Source: Nitrospirota bacterium (GTDB lineage: Bacteria > Nitrospirota > Thermodesulfovibrionia > Thermodesulfovibrionales > SM23-35). From it: a stretch of DNA of 64,000 nucleotides. Where the stretch lies: NCBI GenBank assembly GCA_963826355.1, contig CAWGWX010000034.1:13622-77621 (forward strand). Reading direction: 5' to 3'. This document shows, piece after piece, positions 27,513 through 36,861 of this stretch. Numbering within the stretch: position 1 is the stretch's first letter; each line of letters opens with the position of its first letter. The position numbers were made by a program, and so were the translations under genes. The notes under the pieces were generated by a model. That model did not search any database, had not been told where the DNA came from, and saw nothing but the letters and a program-made list of their open reading frames with translations.

Positions 27513-28850
27513 TTGCTCCAAGCTGTAGAAGATATCAGTTCGACAAAGAAGCGCCTCAGAATAGAGATCCCGTCAGATATTATCGAAAAGGAGATAAAAG
27601 ACTCTCTCGAAAGAGTGAGACAGAAGTCGAATTTGCCGGGTTACAGGCCTGGCAAGGCTCCAATGAATCTGATAGAAAAGCGCTATGGTAAACAAGTTGA
27701 GGCAGAGGTGCTTGAAAAGGTCATCCCTGAGTTTTATAACAAGGCGTTAAAAGAAGCAGACCTTAAGCCTGTCACAATGCCTGTATTTGATGAAAAGTTA
27801 AACTTTCAGAGAAACAATCCCCTCAATCTTTCACTTACTGTTGAGGTGATGCCCAAGATTGAAAACATTGATTATACAGGAATAAAGGCGAAGGATATCC
27901 CTATAACTGTCGATGAGTCCGAAGTGGAACATTCCCTTAAAAACCTTCAGAAACAAAAGGCACTATATGAGGTTGCTGAAAAAGAGATCGAAAAGGATGA
28001 CCTTGTCACCTTTGATTGTGTTGACGGTGAAATAGTCGGGGAAGAAACTACCCCTTCTCTCAAGGAACAGATATTGAAACTGGGTAATGAGTTACTTCCT
28101 ATGGACATTGAGGGGAAATTGGTGGGAAAGAAAAAAGGGGAAACCGTAGAAATTACCACGACGTTTGGAGAGGATTTTAGAGTGAAAGAACTTGCTGGTA
28201 AGACAGTAAAAGCGAAGATTGTGATACAAGAGGTGAAAAAGAAAATTCTACCAGCAATAGATGATGAATTTGCAAAGGACATCGGGTTTGAAAATATATC
28301 GGAATTGAGAGAAAAGATAAGGGAAAATATCTATAAATACAAGGAAGAACAGGCTATGAAAATTCAGAAGGCAGAGATTCTCCATAAAATTATTGGAACC
28401 CATGATTTTGAGGTCCCGGAAACAATGCTCGGCAATGAGTTGGATTCTCTTATAATGCAATCAGGGATGTCTGATGAACAATACAAGGCAGAAGCAGAAG
28501 ATATACAAGATGCAGACATGATAAATACGACATCTGAGGAAAGCAAGCCAGAGCAAGAAAAAAAGAGCAATGAAGAAAAGCTCTCTGAACTGAAAGAGAA
28601 GGCTTTGAGAAATGTTCGTGCATCTGTCATTATTAATACCATTGGCAAGAAAGAGGGGATAATGGTAACGGAAGATGAGGTGAAGGAGCGAATCCATCTC
28701 ATAGCAAAAAAGCTCTCTGCCGAACCAGAGGCTGTCATTAACTTCTATAGGACAAAAGATGGATCTTTGGACGGCCTGAGGCAAATGATCTTTGAGGATA
28801 AAGTCCTGGATTTACTTTTGTCTAAAGCCATTTTGGCGAAAGGAGAATAG
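27513..28850 (+). CDS. tig: Trigger factor
   Basis: TTG start after GAGGAGGAG. Typical tig N-terminus: RLRIEIPSDIIEKEIKDSLERVRQKSNLPGYRPGKAP. Located upstream of clpP-clpX. Confidence 0.9.
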   Translation: MLQAVEDISSTKKRLRIEIPSDIIEKEIKDSLERVRQKSNLPGYRPGKAPMNLIEKRYGKQVEAEVLEKVIPEFYNKALKEADLKPVTMPVFDEKLNFQRNNPLNLSLTVEVMPKIENIDYTGIKAKDIPITVDESEVEHSLKNLQKQKALYEVAEKEIEKDDLVTFDCVDGEIVGEETTPSLKEQILKLGNELLPMDIEGKLVGKKKGETVEITTTFGEDFRVKELAGKTVKAKIVIQEVKKKILPAIDDEFAKDIGFENISELREKIRENIYKYKEEQAMKIQKAEILHKIIGTHDFEVPETMLGNELDSLIMQSGMSDEQYKAEAEDIQDADMINTTSEESKPEQEKKSNEEKLSELKEKALRNVRASVIINTIGKKEGIMVTEDEVKERIHLIAKKLSAEPEAVINFYRTKDGSLDGLRQMIFEDKVLDLLLSKAILAKGE

Positions 28851-29465
28851 ATGAGTATTATTCCTATTGTTATAGAGCAGACAGGTCGTTCAGAAAGGGC
28901 CTATGACATTTACTCAAGGCTTCTGAAAGACAGGATTATCTTCATTGGCACAGTTATCGATGATCATGTAGCGAATACGGTAATTGCACAACTCCTCTTT
29001 CTTCAGACAGAAGATCCTGACAAGGATATTCATCTCTATATTAATTCACCAGGTGGCATAGTATCCTCAGGCCTTGCAATATACGACACAATACAATACG
29101 TCAAGCCAAACATCGCAACGTACTGCATCGGCCAGGCAGCGAGCATGAGCGCGCTTCTCCTCGCAGCTGGTACAAAAGGCAAGAGATTTGCTCTTCCTCA
29201 TTCAAGAATTATGTTACATCAGCCCATGGGCGGTTTCCATGGACAGGCCACGGATATTGAAATCCATGCTCGGGAGATACTCAAAATGAAAGATACTCTG
29301 AACGGGATACTTTCAGACCACACAGGGCAATCTCTTGAAAAGATACAGGCAGACACAGACAGAGATTTCTTCATGTCAGGAGAGGAAGCAAAAGAATACG
29401 GGATAGTTGATGCAGTAATCCGCACCATGAAAACAGATGACAAACCAGCCCCATCACTGAAATAG
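28851..29465 (+). CDS. clpP: ATP-dependent Clp protease proteolytic subunit
   Basis: Motifs [28 protein letters not shown] and MLHQPMGG. Confidence 0.95.
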   Translation: MSIIPIVIEQTGRSERAYDIYSRLLKDRIIFIGTVIDDHVANTVIAQLLFLQTEDPDKDIHLYINSPGGIVSSGLAIYDTIQYVKPNIATYCIGQAASMSALLLAAGTKGKRFALPHSRIMLHQPMGGFHGQATDIEIHAREILKMKDTLNGILSDHTGQSLEKIQADTDRDFFMSGEEAKEYGIVDAVIRTMKTDDKPAPSLK

Positions 29466-29477
29466 AGCGGAGGAGAT

Positions 29478-30719
29478 ATGGCCAAAAAGGATGAGAGCTT
29501 ACCAAAATGTTCTTTCTGCGGTAAGGGGCATGATGAGGTAAAAAAGCTTATTGCAGGGCCCTCAGTTTATATATGCAATGAGTGCGTTACGCTCTGCAAT
29601 GAAATCATTGCAGATGCCTACCATGCGGGGGTTGAAGGTCCTGTTTTTCCAAAGCTTCCCACACCAAAGGAGATCCATCATTTCCTTGATGATTATGTTA
29701 TAGGTCAGGAGAGGGCGAAGAGGATACTTTCCGTCGCGGTATATAACCACTATAAGAGAATATACAGCCCCAGTAAATCAGAAGTAGAACTACAGAAAAG
29801 TAACATACTCCTGATAGGTCCTACGGGTACGGGTAAAACTCTTTTTGCCCAGACATTAGCCAAGGTACTTGATGTGCCTTTTGCTATAGCTGATGCAACG
29901 ACCCTCACAGAGGCAGGCTACGTCGGTGAAGACGTGGAAAATATCATTTTGAAGTTGCTCCAGGCGGCAGAATATGATGTTGAAAGAGCGCAGAGGGGCA
30001 TAGTGTATATTGATGAGATAGACAAGATTAGTAGGAAATCAGAGAATCCCTCAATAACGAGAGATGTATCAGGTGAAGGTGTGCAGCAGGCTCTTCTCAA
30101 GATAATTGAAGGCACCATGGCTAATATACCACCTCAGGGCGGAAGGAAACACCCGCAGCAGGAATTTATCCAAGTTAATACAACGGATATCCTCTTCATA
30201 TGTGGTGGTGCCTTTGTTGGACTTGAGGGCATCATTGAACAGAGGACAGGACAAAAAATAGTGGGGTTTGGTCATGATAACCTGACAAGAAAGGAGAAAA
30301 AGATAGGTGAGATCCTCAGTCTCGTTGAACCTGAGGATCTGATAAAATATGGTCTCATACCGGAGTTCGTAGGGAGATTGCCTATTGTAGCAACCCTCGA
30401 CGAACTCGACGAACCAGCCATGATAAAGATACTGACAGAGCCTAAGAATGCCCTTATAAAGCAGTATCAGAAGCTCCTCTCTCTCGATAATGTCAGACTG
30501 AGATTTACAGACGGTGCGCAATCGGCCATAGCAAAGAAGGCAGCACAACGAAAAACTGGTGCACGGGGGCTCAGAGCCATACTTGAAGAAATAATGCTCG
30601 ATGTAATGTATGAGATACCCTCTCAGAAAGGCATCAAGGAATGTGTGATAAATGAGGAGACCATCGTCAAAAATGAAAAGCCTATTCTTTTATACGAAAG
30701 GCATGCTGAGTCAGCATAA
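29478..30719 (+). CDS. clpX: ATP-dependent Clp protease ATP-binding subunit ClpX
   Basis: Zinc ribbon CSFCGK...ICNEC, Walker A GPTGTGKT, and [10 protein letters not shown]. Confidence 0.95.
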   Translation: MAKKDESLPKCSFCGKGHDEVKKLIAGPSVYICNECVTLCNEIIADAYHAGVEGPVFPKLPTPKEIHHFLDDYVIGQERAKRILSVAVYNHYKRIYSPSKSEVELQKSNILLIGPTGTGKTLFAQTLAKVLDVPFAIADATTLTEAGYVGEDVENIILKLLQAAEYDVERAQRGIVYIDEIDKISRKSENPSITRDVSGEGVQQALLKIIEGTMANIPPQGGRKHPQQEFIQVNTTDILFICGGAFVGLEGIIEQRTGQKIVGFGHDNLTRKEKKIGEILSLVEPEDLIKYGLIPEFVGRLPIVATLDELDEPAMIKILTEPKNALIKQYQKLLSLDNVRLRFTDGAQSAIAKKAAQRKTGARGLRAILEEIMLDVMYEIPSQKGIKECVINEETIVKNEKPILLYERHAESA

Positions 30720-30750
30720 AAAAGTTAAAAGTGAGAAGTGAGAAGTTTTC
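30720..30750 (+). repeat. Heptamer-periodic purine-rich array immediately after the clpX stop
   Basis: AAAAGTT AAAAGTG AGAAGTG AGAAGTT, with AGT every 7 nt, four times. Confidence 0.6.
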
Positions 30751-30761
30751 ATGCGGAGTTT

Positions 30762-31214
30762 CTACAACCTTACTTTTGTCCTGTTTGAGGTAATCGCCTT
30801 TTCTATTGTCTTTATAACAGTTTCTCTGAGTTCTTCGTCGTCAATTTGTGAGACTGTCTTGTCTATATAGGATAGCTCTTCAGGAGTGAGTTTTTTGATT
30901 CTCATCCCTTTGCTGCTGCCCTCAGACTCTATCCTTTTTGAAACCTTGCCAAGCTTTAATCGTATATCCCTGATACCATAAGGACTCAATTTTTCTATGA
31001 TGTCCTTTTTTAAGTAGTTCAACTCCTGGAGCCAAACAGGTGAATCAACATTCAGGAGCATTTCTCCTTCGAATAACTTACATGGCGCTATATGGTATGA
31101 AAGAGGCTCATTGAATAAATTATGCCAGTTTTTTTTGATCTCCATGAGTCTCATACTGCTTTCGATCCCGAGGTCCTTAACGAGAGGGAAAAGTAAGAAA
31201 TCTGCCCTCTTCAC
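30762..31214 (-). CDS. DUF721 (DciA-like) protein
   Basis: 150 aa. The segment LMEIKKNWHNLFNEPLSYHIAPCKLFEGEMLLNVDSPVWLQELNYLKKDIIEKL is typical of DUF721. Confidence 0.65.
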   Translation of the reverse strand: MKRADFLLFPLVKDLGIESSMRLMEIKKNWHNLFNEPLSYHIAPCKLFEGEMLLNVDSPVWLQELNYLKKDIIEKLSPYGIRDIRLKLGKVSKRIESEGSSKGMRIKKLTPEELSYIDKTVSQIDDEELRETVIKTIEKAITSNRTKVRL

Positions 31215-31402
31215 TAAACTGCCTTCTTGACTCTACCAGAGCGGAGACATCTCGTACATACAGAGAGTCTCCTGACCCCGCTCTCAGTCATGATGCGCAT
31301 CTTTTGCAGATTAGGCATTATTACCCTTTTTGTCTTATTATTAGCATGGCTGACATTATTACCGATTGTCCTTTTTTTCCCACATAAAGCACAGATTGCC
31401 AT
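31214..31402 (-). CDS. rpmB: 50S ribosomal protein L28
   Basis: [34 protein letters not shown]... Confidence 0.9.
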   Translation of the reverse strand: MAICALCGKKRTIGNNVSHANNKTKRVIMPNLQKMRIMTESGVRRLSVCTRCLRSGRVKKAV

Positions 31403-31480
31403 TCTCTTCCTCCTTCTCTCATTGCATTAAACAAGTTTACTATGATAAAATTTTAAATGCAATAAGTGCACCATAACCAC

Positions 31481-31526
31481 ATGAGAAGTGAGAAAAGGCA
31501 GTAGCTTTCCATGTTCCATTTCTCAT
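31481..31526. repeat. Imperfect inverted repeat built from GAGAAGT-type units, upstream of infB
   Basis: ATGAGAAGTGAGAAAAGG-cagtag-CTTTCCATGTTCCATTTCTCAT. The outer 7 bp are perfect. Confidence 0.45.
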
Positions 31527-31549
31527 AGAGAGATAGGGGTTAACAATAA

Positions 31550-33847
31550 ATGCCGAAAATAAGAATTTATGAGCTTGCCAAAAAATTAGGAGTAACAAGT
31601 AAGGTTATCATTAGCGAGCTTTCAAAACTCGGTATAGAAGGGAAAGCGCATACTTCAAGTATCGAGCCCGAGTTGGCTGGAAATATTGAGGCTACATTAC
31701 TGAAAAAAGCTGTCAAACCGATAAAAGAAACTATCCCTCAAGAGAGCTCAGTAACCGAGGAAGTTGTGAGACCCCAGGTCGAAAAAGCTCCAGAGGAGCA
31801 TGGGGGAAAAGCAGTTACAATAGAGGGAAAGGAACCCGGAAGAGAAGGACGGAAAATACTTGTAATACCTGAAGAGGAAGAAGAATTAAAGGTTCCTGAT
31901 AGGTTCAAAAAAGAGATAGAGACAGAAAAGATTGAGAAGTTCAAGGCAAAACCAGGGATGCAGAAGGCTTTTCAGACAATCAGAAAGATAGAGCCCAAAA
32001 GATGGCATGAACAAAAACCATTAAAGAAGTTAGAAAAGATAAGACCTTTTCCAAAAGAAGAGCAGAAACCTCCTATCCATCTTGTCATTCCAAGAAAGAA
32101 GACACTGAAACTTCAGGAAGGCACTACGGTAAAGGAATTTGCAGAACTCATAAGTGTCAAACTCTCTGATGTTATAAAGAAATTCATGGAATTAGGATAT
32201 ATGCCAACAATAAACCAGCCTGTTGACCCTGACGCAGCCCTGTTAGTTGCGGAGGGTTTTGGAGTTAAGCTCGAGCTTTCATCTCTTGAAGATGATGCTG
32301 TTATCACAGAGGCACCAGAAGATATTGGTACATTATTACCGCGTCCTCCTGTTATAACCATCATGGGACATGTAGACCATGGAAAGACTTCCCTCCTCGA
32401 TGCAATAAGAAAAACAAAAGTTATCGAGACCGAAGCAGGAGGGATTACCCAGCATATCGGCGCATATAAGATTAATCTGAGAGGCAAAGATATTGTATTT
32501 CTCGATACGCCAGGTCATGAGGCGTTCACTTCTATGAGAGCAAGGGGGGCAAAGGTAACGGATATCGTTGTTCTTGTTGTAGCTGCAGATGATGGCGTCA
32601 TGCCGCAGACTGTTGAGGCTATCAATCATGCAAAGGCCGCAAATGTCCCGATCGTTGTAGCCATAAACAAGATCGACAAGCCAGAGGCGAATCCATCAAA
32701 GGTAAGGAATGAACTTGCAGAACACGGGATAATACCTGAGGAGTGGAGTGGACAAAACATCTTTGTTGAGGTATCTGCCAAAAAAGCTATAGGCATAGAA
32801 AGCCTCCTTGAGATGATACTCCTTCAGTCGGAGATAATGGAGCTTAAAGCCAACCCTGAGAAAAAAGCAAGGGGTACTATAATCGAAGCGAAACTCGATA
32901 GAGGGAGGGGACCTGTTGCAACGGTACTCGTCCAATCTGGAACCCTAAGGATTGGCGATACATTCCTTGCAGGTATTCATGTAGGAAAAGTAAGGGCATT
33001 GATCGACGATACAGGTAAAAGGATTACAGAAGCAGGCCCAACAACACCAGTTGAGGTAATCGGTTTTCCAGAGGTTCCCTCGGCAGGCGACATCTTTATC
33101 GCCGTCGATGACGAAAAGAGAGCAAGACAGATAGCCCTTGCAAGACAGCAGAAACAGAGACTTACTGATATGGCAAAGACGAGGAAGCTTACCCTCGATG
33201 AATTATATGCGAAGATAAAAGAGGGGGAGATAAAAGATCTCAACATTATTATTAAGGGCGATGTTCAAGGATCTGTTGAGGCACTAAAGGATGCCCTTGA
33301 AAGTATTACCCACACACAGGTGAAGGTTAGGGTCATCCATTCTTCTGTTGGTGGTATCAATGAGTCAGACATTATGCTCGCCTCTGCCTCAAATGCAATT
33401 ATCATAGGTTTCAATGTGAGGCCCGAGCCCAAAGCGTACCAGGCAGCAGAAAAGGAAGGCGTTGATGTCAGGCTTTATAACGTGATTTATGAAGCAATAG
33501 AAGATGTTAAAAAGGCACTTGAGGGTCTTCTCGAACCCACACTCAAAGAAAAAACCCTTGGAAGAGCAGAGGTCCGTCAGGTGTTTCCGATATCGAAGAT
33601 AGGAACGGTTGCAGGATGTTACGTGCTTGATGGCTCTATCAGCCGCTCAAGTGATGGTATGAGGATTAGTAGGGATAGCATTGTTGTATATGACGGTAAA
33701 ATCGGTTCCCTTAAAAGATTCAAGGAAGATATCAGAGAGGTACAAGCAGGATATGAATGCGGCATCCTGATCGAAAACTTTAATGATATAAAAGTTGGAG
33801 ACATACTCGAAAACTACATTATTGAGAAGATAGCAACAAAACTCTAA
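31550..33847 (+). CDS. infB: Translation initiation factor IF-2
   Basis: 765 aa. G-domain motifs [20 protein letters not shown] and NKID. Located upstream of rbfA. Confidence 0.95.
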   Translation: MPKIRIYELAKKLGVTSKVIISELSKLGIEGKAHTSSIEPELAGNIEATLLKKAVKPIKETIPQESSVTEEVVRPQVEKAPEEHGGKAVTIEGKEPGREGRKILVIPEEEEELKVPDRFKKEIETEKIEKFKAKPGMQKAFQTIRKIEPKRWHEQKPLKKLEKIRPFPKEEQKPPIHLVIPRKKTLKLQEGTTVKEFAELISVKLSDVIKKFMELGYMPTINQPVDPDAALLVAEGFGVKLELSSLEDDAVITEAPEDIGTLLPRPPVITIMGHVDHGKTSLLDAIRKTKVIETEAGGITQHIGAYKINLRGKDIVFLDTPGHEAFTSMRARGAKVTDIVVLVVAADDGVMPQTVEAINHAKAANVPIVVAINKIDKPEANPSKVRNELAEHGIIPEEWSGQNIFVEVSAKKAIGIESLLEMILLQSEIMELKANPEKKARGTIIEAKLDRGRGPVATVLVQSGTLRIGDTFLAGIHVGKVRALIDDTGKRITEAGPTTPVEVIGFPEVPSAGDIFIAVDDEKRARQIALARQQKQRLTDMAKTRKLTLDELYAKIKEGEIKDLNIIIKGDVQGSVEALKDALESITHTQVKVRVIHSSVGGINESDIMLASASNAIIIGFNVRPEPKAYQAAEKEGVDVRLYNVIYEAIEDVKKALEGLLEPTLKEKTLGRAEVRQVFPISKIGTVAGCYVLDGSISRSSDGMRISRDSIVVYDGKIGSLKRFKEDIREVQAGYECGILIENFNDIKVGDILENYIIEKIATKL

Positions 33848-33852
33848 ATAAG

Positions 33853-33932
33853 CTAAGAGTTGAGAGAGTTATGAGTTATAAGTTTAAAAACAACAATCCA
33901 CTTTCGACTCTTCACTTTCCACTTCTAACTTT
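33853..33932. repeat. Forward AGT-heptamer array, 11-nt spacer, then an inverted ACT-heptamer array between infB and rbfA
   Basis: Forward arm 33853-33886 has AGT at 9, 7 and 7-nt spacing. Inverted arm 33898-33932 has ACT x5 every 7 nt. The arms can form an imperfect hairpin with about 70% pairing. Confidence 0.6.
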
Positions 33933-33937
33933 GGAAT

Positions 33938-34297
33938 ATGCTTCCCTATAAACGTTCTCAAAGAGTCAGTGATCTTCTCAGGAGAGAGATAGCAGATATC
34001 ATTATCTATAGACTTAAAGACCCTCGTATCGGCTTTATAACAGTCACTGGGGTTGATGTTACAGACGATATTAAGATAGCCAGGGTTTATGTAAGCATTT
34101 TCCAAGATGAGGAGAGAAAGACTACACTTGAGATATTAAATTCTGCAAAGAGCTTTATACGGTCTGAGTTATCCAAAAGACTCAGGATGAAATTCATCCC
34201 GAGCATCGAGTTCAGGCTCGATACGTCAATCGAGTATGGAAGTAGGATTGAAAAGCTCCTGAAAGAGATCGAGGGGAAAGGTGAAGGTTCCTCCTAA
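33938..34297 (+). CDS. rbfA: Ribosome-binding factor A
   Basis: RSQRVSDLLRREIADIIIYRLKDPRIGFITVTGVDVTDDIKIARVYVS. Confidence 0.9.
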   Translation: MLPYKRSQRVSDLLRREIADIIIYRLKDPRIGFITVTGVDVTDDIKIARVYVSIFQDEERKTTLEILNSAKSFIRSELSKRLRMKFIPSIEFRLDTSIEYGSRIEKLLKEIEGKGEGSS

Positions 34298-35249
34298 ACT
34301 CCTCTCATTTTTAAAGGAAGAAGAAAAGTTTTTTATAGCAACCCATATTAGTCCTGAAGCTGATGCGATTGGTTCTTCACTTGCCCTTTCAAGTGCACTT
34401 GAATCTCTTGGGAAAGTAACAGTACTCTATGACGAGGATCCTGTACCTAAGGTCTGTCGTTTTCTTCCAGCCCAAGAAAAGTTTACAAACATTATTTTAC
34501 CCTTTATTACCACGGACTTTGCACTCATTCTCTTAGATTGTAACACTCTCAAAAGGGCGGGGATTGAAGGATTGACTTTCAAGTATTCTGTTGTTATAGA
34601 CCATCATGAGACTGAAGAAGACTTTGGAGATATCAAGTGGGTAGTACCAGAGGCAGCAGCAACGGGAATGATGATCTTTTATTTGATAAAAGAACTGGGA
34701 GTAAACATAACCAGAGACATGGCTATAAACCTTTATTCAGCTATTGCCATTGATACGGGAACATTCAGATATGGTAATACAACTGCTGAAGCCTTGAGAA
34801 TTGCAGCTAAGCTTATAGAGGCAGGTGCAAGCCCAGCATATATCTCAAACAACCTTTACGAAACATGGTCTCAAGAGAGATTCGCTTTACTTATCATGTC
34901 CTTAAATACCCTCGAAGTGAGAGGTAATGTTGCAATAACCTTTGTTACAAGAGAGATGTATAGAAAAACCGGGGCAGCGCCTGAAGATACGGAGGACTTT
35001 CCTGCTTTTAGCAGGGTCATGAAGGATGTTAACGTATCTGCTTTTTTTAGAGAACTGGCCGATAATTACTGGAAAGTCAGTCTTCGTTCAAAGGGTGATA
35101 TCAATGTAGCTCTTGTTGCCTCTCGGTTCGATGGCGGTGGCCATAAAAACGCAGCAGGCTACGTCGTAAAATCTGATTTAGAATCAGCAAGGGAATTTTT
35201 ATTAAAGGCCCTTTCTTCTGCCTATCAACCTCATCATAAAGAGGGATAA
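34281..35249 (+). CDS. DHH/DHHA1 phosphoesterase (NrnA-like oligoribonuclease/pAp phosphatase)
   Basis: Motifs HISPEADAIGS, VIDHH and GGGHKNAAG. It sits in the infB-rbfA-truB context. Confidence 0.8.
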   Translation: MKVPPKLLSFLKEEEKFFIATHISPEADAIGSSLALSSALESLGKVTVLYDEDPVPKVCRFLPAQEKFTNIILPFITTDFALILLDCNTLKRAGIEGLTFKYSVVIDHHETEEDFGDIKWVVPEAAATGMMIFYLIKELGVNITRDMAINLYSAIAIDTGTFRYGNTTAEALRIAAKLIEAGASPAYISNNLYETWSQERFALLIMSLNTLEVRGNVAITFVTREMYRKTGAAPEDTEDFPAFSRVMKDVNVSAFFRELADNYWKVSLRSKGDINVALVASRFDGGGHKNAAGYVVKSDLESAREFLLKALSSAYQPHHKEG

Positions 35250-35289
35250 AACTTTTCTTTCATAGATATCTTTAATTAATGGGACTAAA

Positions 35290-35409
35290 CCACTGACAAA
35301 GTCAGTGGTGGGGTGTGGGGGCGGAGGCCCCACCCCTTATATGTCCACCAACATTGTTGGTGGTTATCAAATAACTCCTCCGCTTAAAAGCCACCGACAA
35401 GGTCGGTGG
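35290..35409. repeat. Cluster of three covarying 8-bp hairpins plus a G/C-rich hairpin
   Basis: CCACTGAC-aaa-GTCAGTGG (35290-35308). GGGGTGTGGGG-gcggagg-CCCCACCCC (35310-35336). CCACCAAC-att-GTTGGTGG (35345-35363). CCACCGAC-aag-GTCGGTGG (35391-35409). The loop GCGGAGG is complementary to CCTCCGC at 35377-35383. Confidence 0.55.
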
Positions 35410-35435
35410 TAGTTTACTTATACCTGAAGAGAATC

Positions 35436-35786
35436 TTAAGGAAGTTTGATAAGCTCACTGAACGTCTGGGTATCCTCGAACATGTAAACATTGTTAAACA
35501 TGATATAGTGTAATATCTTCTTTTGTCTTACCTTCCTTGACAGGGCTTTGAGGTCTTCCTCTTTATACCTGTATTGGTAACCATCTATTCCATTCCAAGT
35601 AGTCGAAAATAGACGATATGTCCGTAAAGGGGATCATCTTTAAAGAGGTTTACACAATGGTTAATCGACTTTATTGCTATCTCCAATCTCGGTAGTTGGT
35701 AGAATGTCTACTGTAGTTCTACAACAGAAAAGTAAATATTTCCGCTTTGCTACAGGAAATCCACGACAACCAATCTTTATATCCAT
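35436..35786 (-). pseudogene. DUF72-family gene remnant (frameshifts plus internal deletion)
   Basis: Minus strand reads MDIKIGCRGFPVAKRKY.. at the N-terminus. The C-terminal piece is ..YRLFSTTWNGIDGYQYRYKEEDLKALSRKVRQKKILHYIMFNNVYMFEDTQTFSELIKLP*. This matches the DUF72 pattern (IGcsGw...; RlHG...Y.YlYseeEL...vyvyFNN). Only about 350 nt remain of an expected ~750. Confidence 0.45.
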
Positions 35787-35894
35787 GGTAAAATTATCTT
35801 ACCATGGCGGTAGGAGGTATTCATTATGGATGAATTCCTCATGAGTTTGCGGAATGAAAGGATTCAAGGGGCATAGGATTGGTAACTCTTTAGA

Positions 35895-36779
35895 ATGAGA
35901 ACATCAATTATGGATGTAGTCATTAACCTTAACAAACCAAAGGATATATCGTCGCAGCAGGCTGTAATAAAGGTAAAAAAGCTTTTTGCTGCGAGAAAGG
36001 CCGGCCATGCTGGAACACTTGACCCAATAGCAACGGGCGTACTTATCATTTGCTTGAATCAGGCAACAAAGATAACAAGATTCTTATCAGACCTTGATAA
36101 GGAATACATGGTGAGATTGAAACTCGGTGAGAGAACAGATACGTGTGATCTAACCGGTAGGCTGTTAGAAAAGAGAAATTGTCTTTCATTGAAAGAAGGA
36201 GACATCCACAGAGTCCTGAAAAATTTTATAGGTCAGATAAAACAGATACCACCGATGTACTCCGCAATTAAAGTAAAGGGGCAGCCTCTTTACAAACTCG
36301 CAAGAATGGGTATGGAAGTAGGAAGACCAGAGAGGGTAATACATATTTATGAGATAGAGCTTATACGTTTCGACCAACCGTATCTTGATCTGAAAATATC
36401 ATGTTCAAAAGGAACCTATATCAGAACACTATGCGATGATATTGGAAAGGCCCTTGAAGTAGGTGCCCATATGATTTCTTTAGAGCGGACAAGGGTGGGT
36501 AACTTTAGAATTGAGGATTCAGCATCAATAGAAGATCTGAGATGTGGAAAAGATACTATGCATTCTGTAGATTCTGCACTTTCTCATTTGGATGAGATAA
36601 TACTCGATGAAGAATCTTATCATAAAGCAAAAAATGGTATGCCCGTGATTACGATCACAGCAAACGTTCCGATAAAGCAGATAAAACAGTATGTAAGATT
36701 AAAGAGTCCTGAAAATAATTTATTTGCTATTGGCAGAGTGGAACAGAATAGAATAACGATGGAGAGATTGTTGAACTAG
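35895..36779 (+). CDS. truB: tRNA pseudouridine(55) synthase
   Basis: Motifs NLNKPKDISSQQAV, KAGHAGTLDPIATGVLIICL and PPMYSAIKVKGQPLY. Confidence 0.9.
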   Translation: MRTSIMDVVINLNKPKDISSQQAVIKVKKLFAARKAGHAGTLDPIATGVLIICLNQATKITRFLSDLDKEYMVRLKLGERTDTCDLTGRLLEKRNCLSLKEGDIHRVLKNFIGQIKQIPPMYSAIKVKGQPLYKLARMGMEVGRPERVIHIYEIELIRFDQPYLDLKISCSKGTYIRTLCDDIGKALEVGAHMISLERTRVGNFRIEDSASIEDLRCGKDTMHSVDSALSHLDEIILDEESYHKAKNGMPVITITANVPIKQIKQYVRLKSPENNLFAIGRVEQNRITMERLLN

Positions 36780-36861
36780 TTTCTTAATGTGTTCATTAAA
36801 CTTATGATATTAAAAATAAAAAATACTTGACAAAATGGATTTTTTTTGGTATTCATTAGCT

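Noticed and set aside
28364-28784. Two overlapping minus-strand ORFs (124 and 107 aa) inside tig.
   Set aside because: They are antisense shadows of the K/E-rich trigger factor C-terminal region, with low-complexity S/F/L content.
36827-36855. TTGACA-17-TATTCA promoter-like site that would make pilM leaderless at ATG 36862.
   Set aside because: The -10 match is weak and there is no supporting evidence. It is kept only as a note in the pilM evidence.
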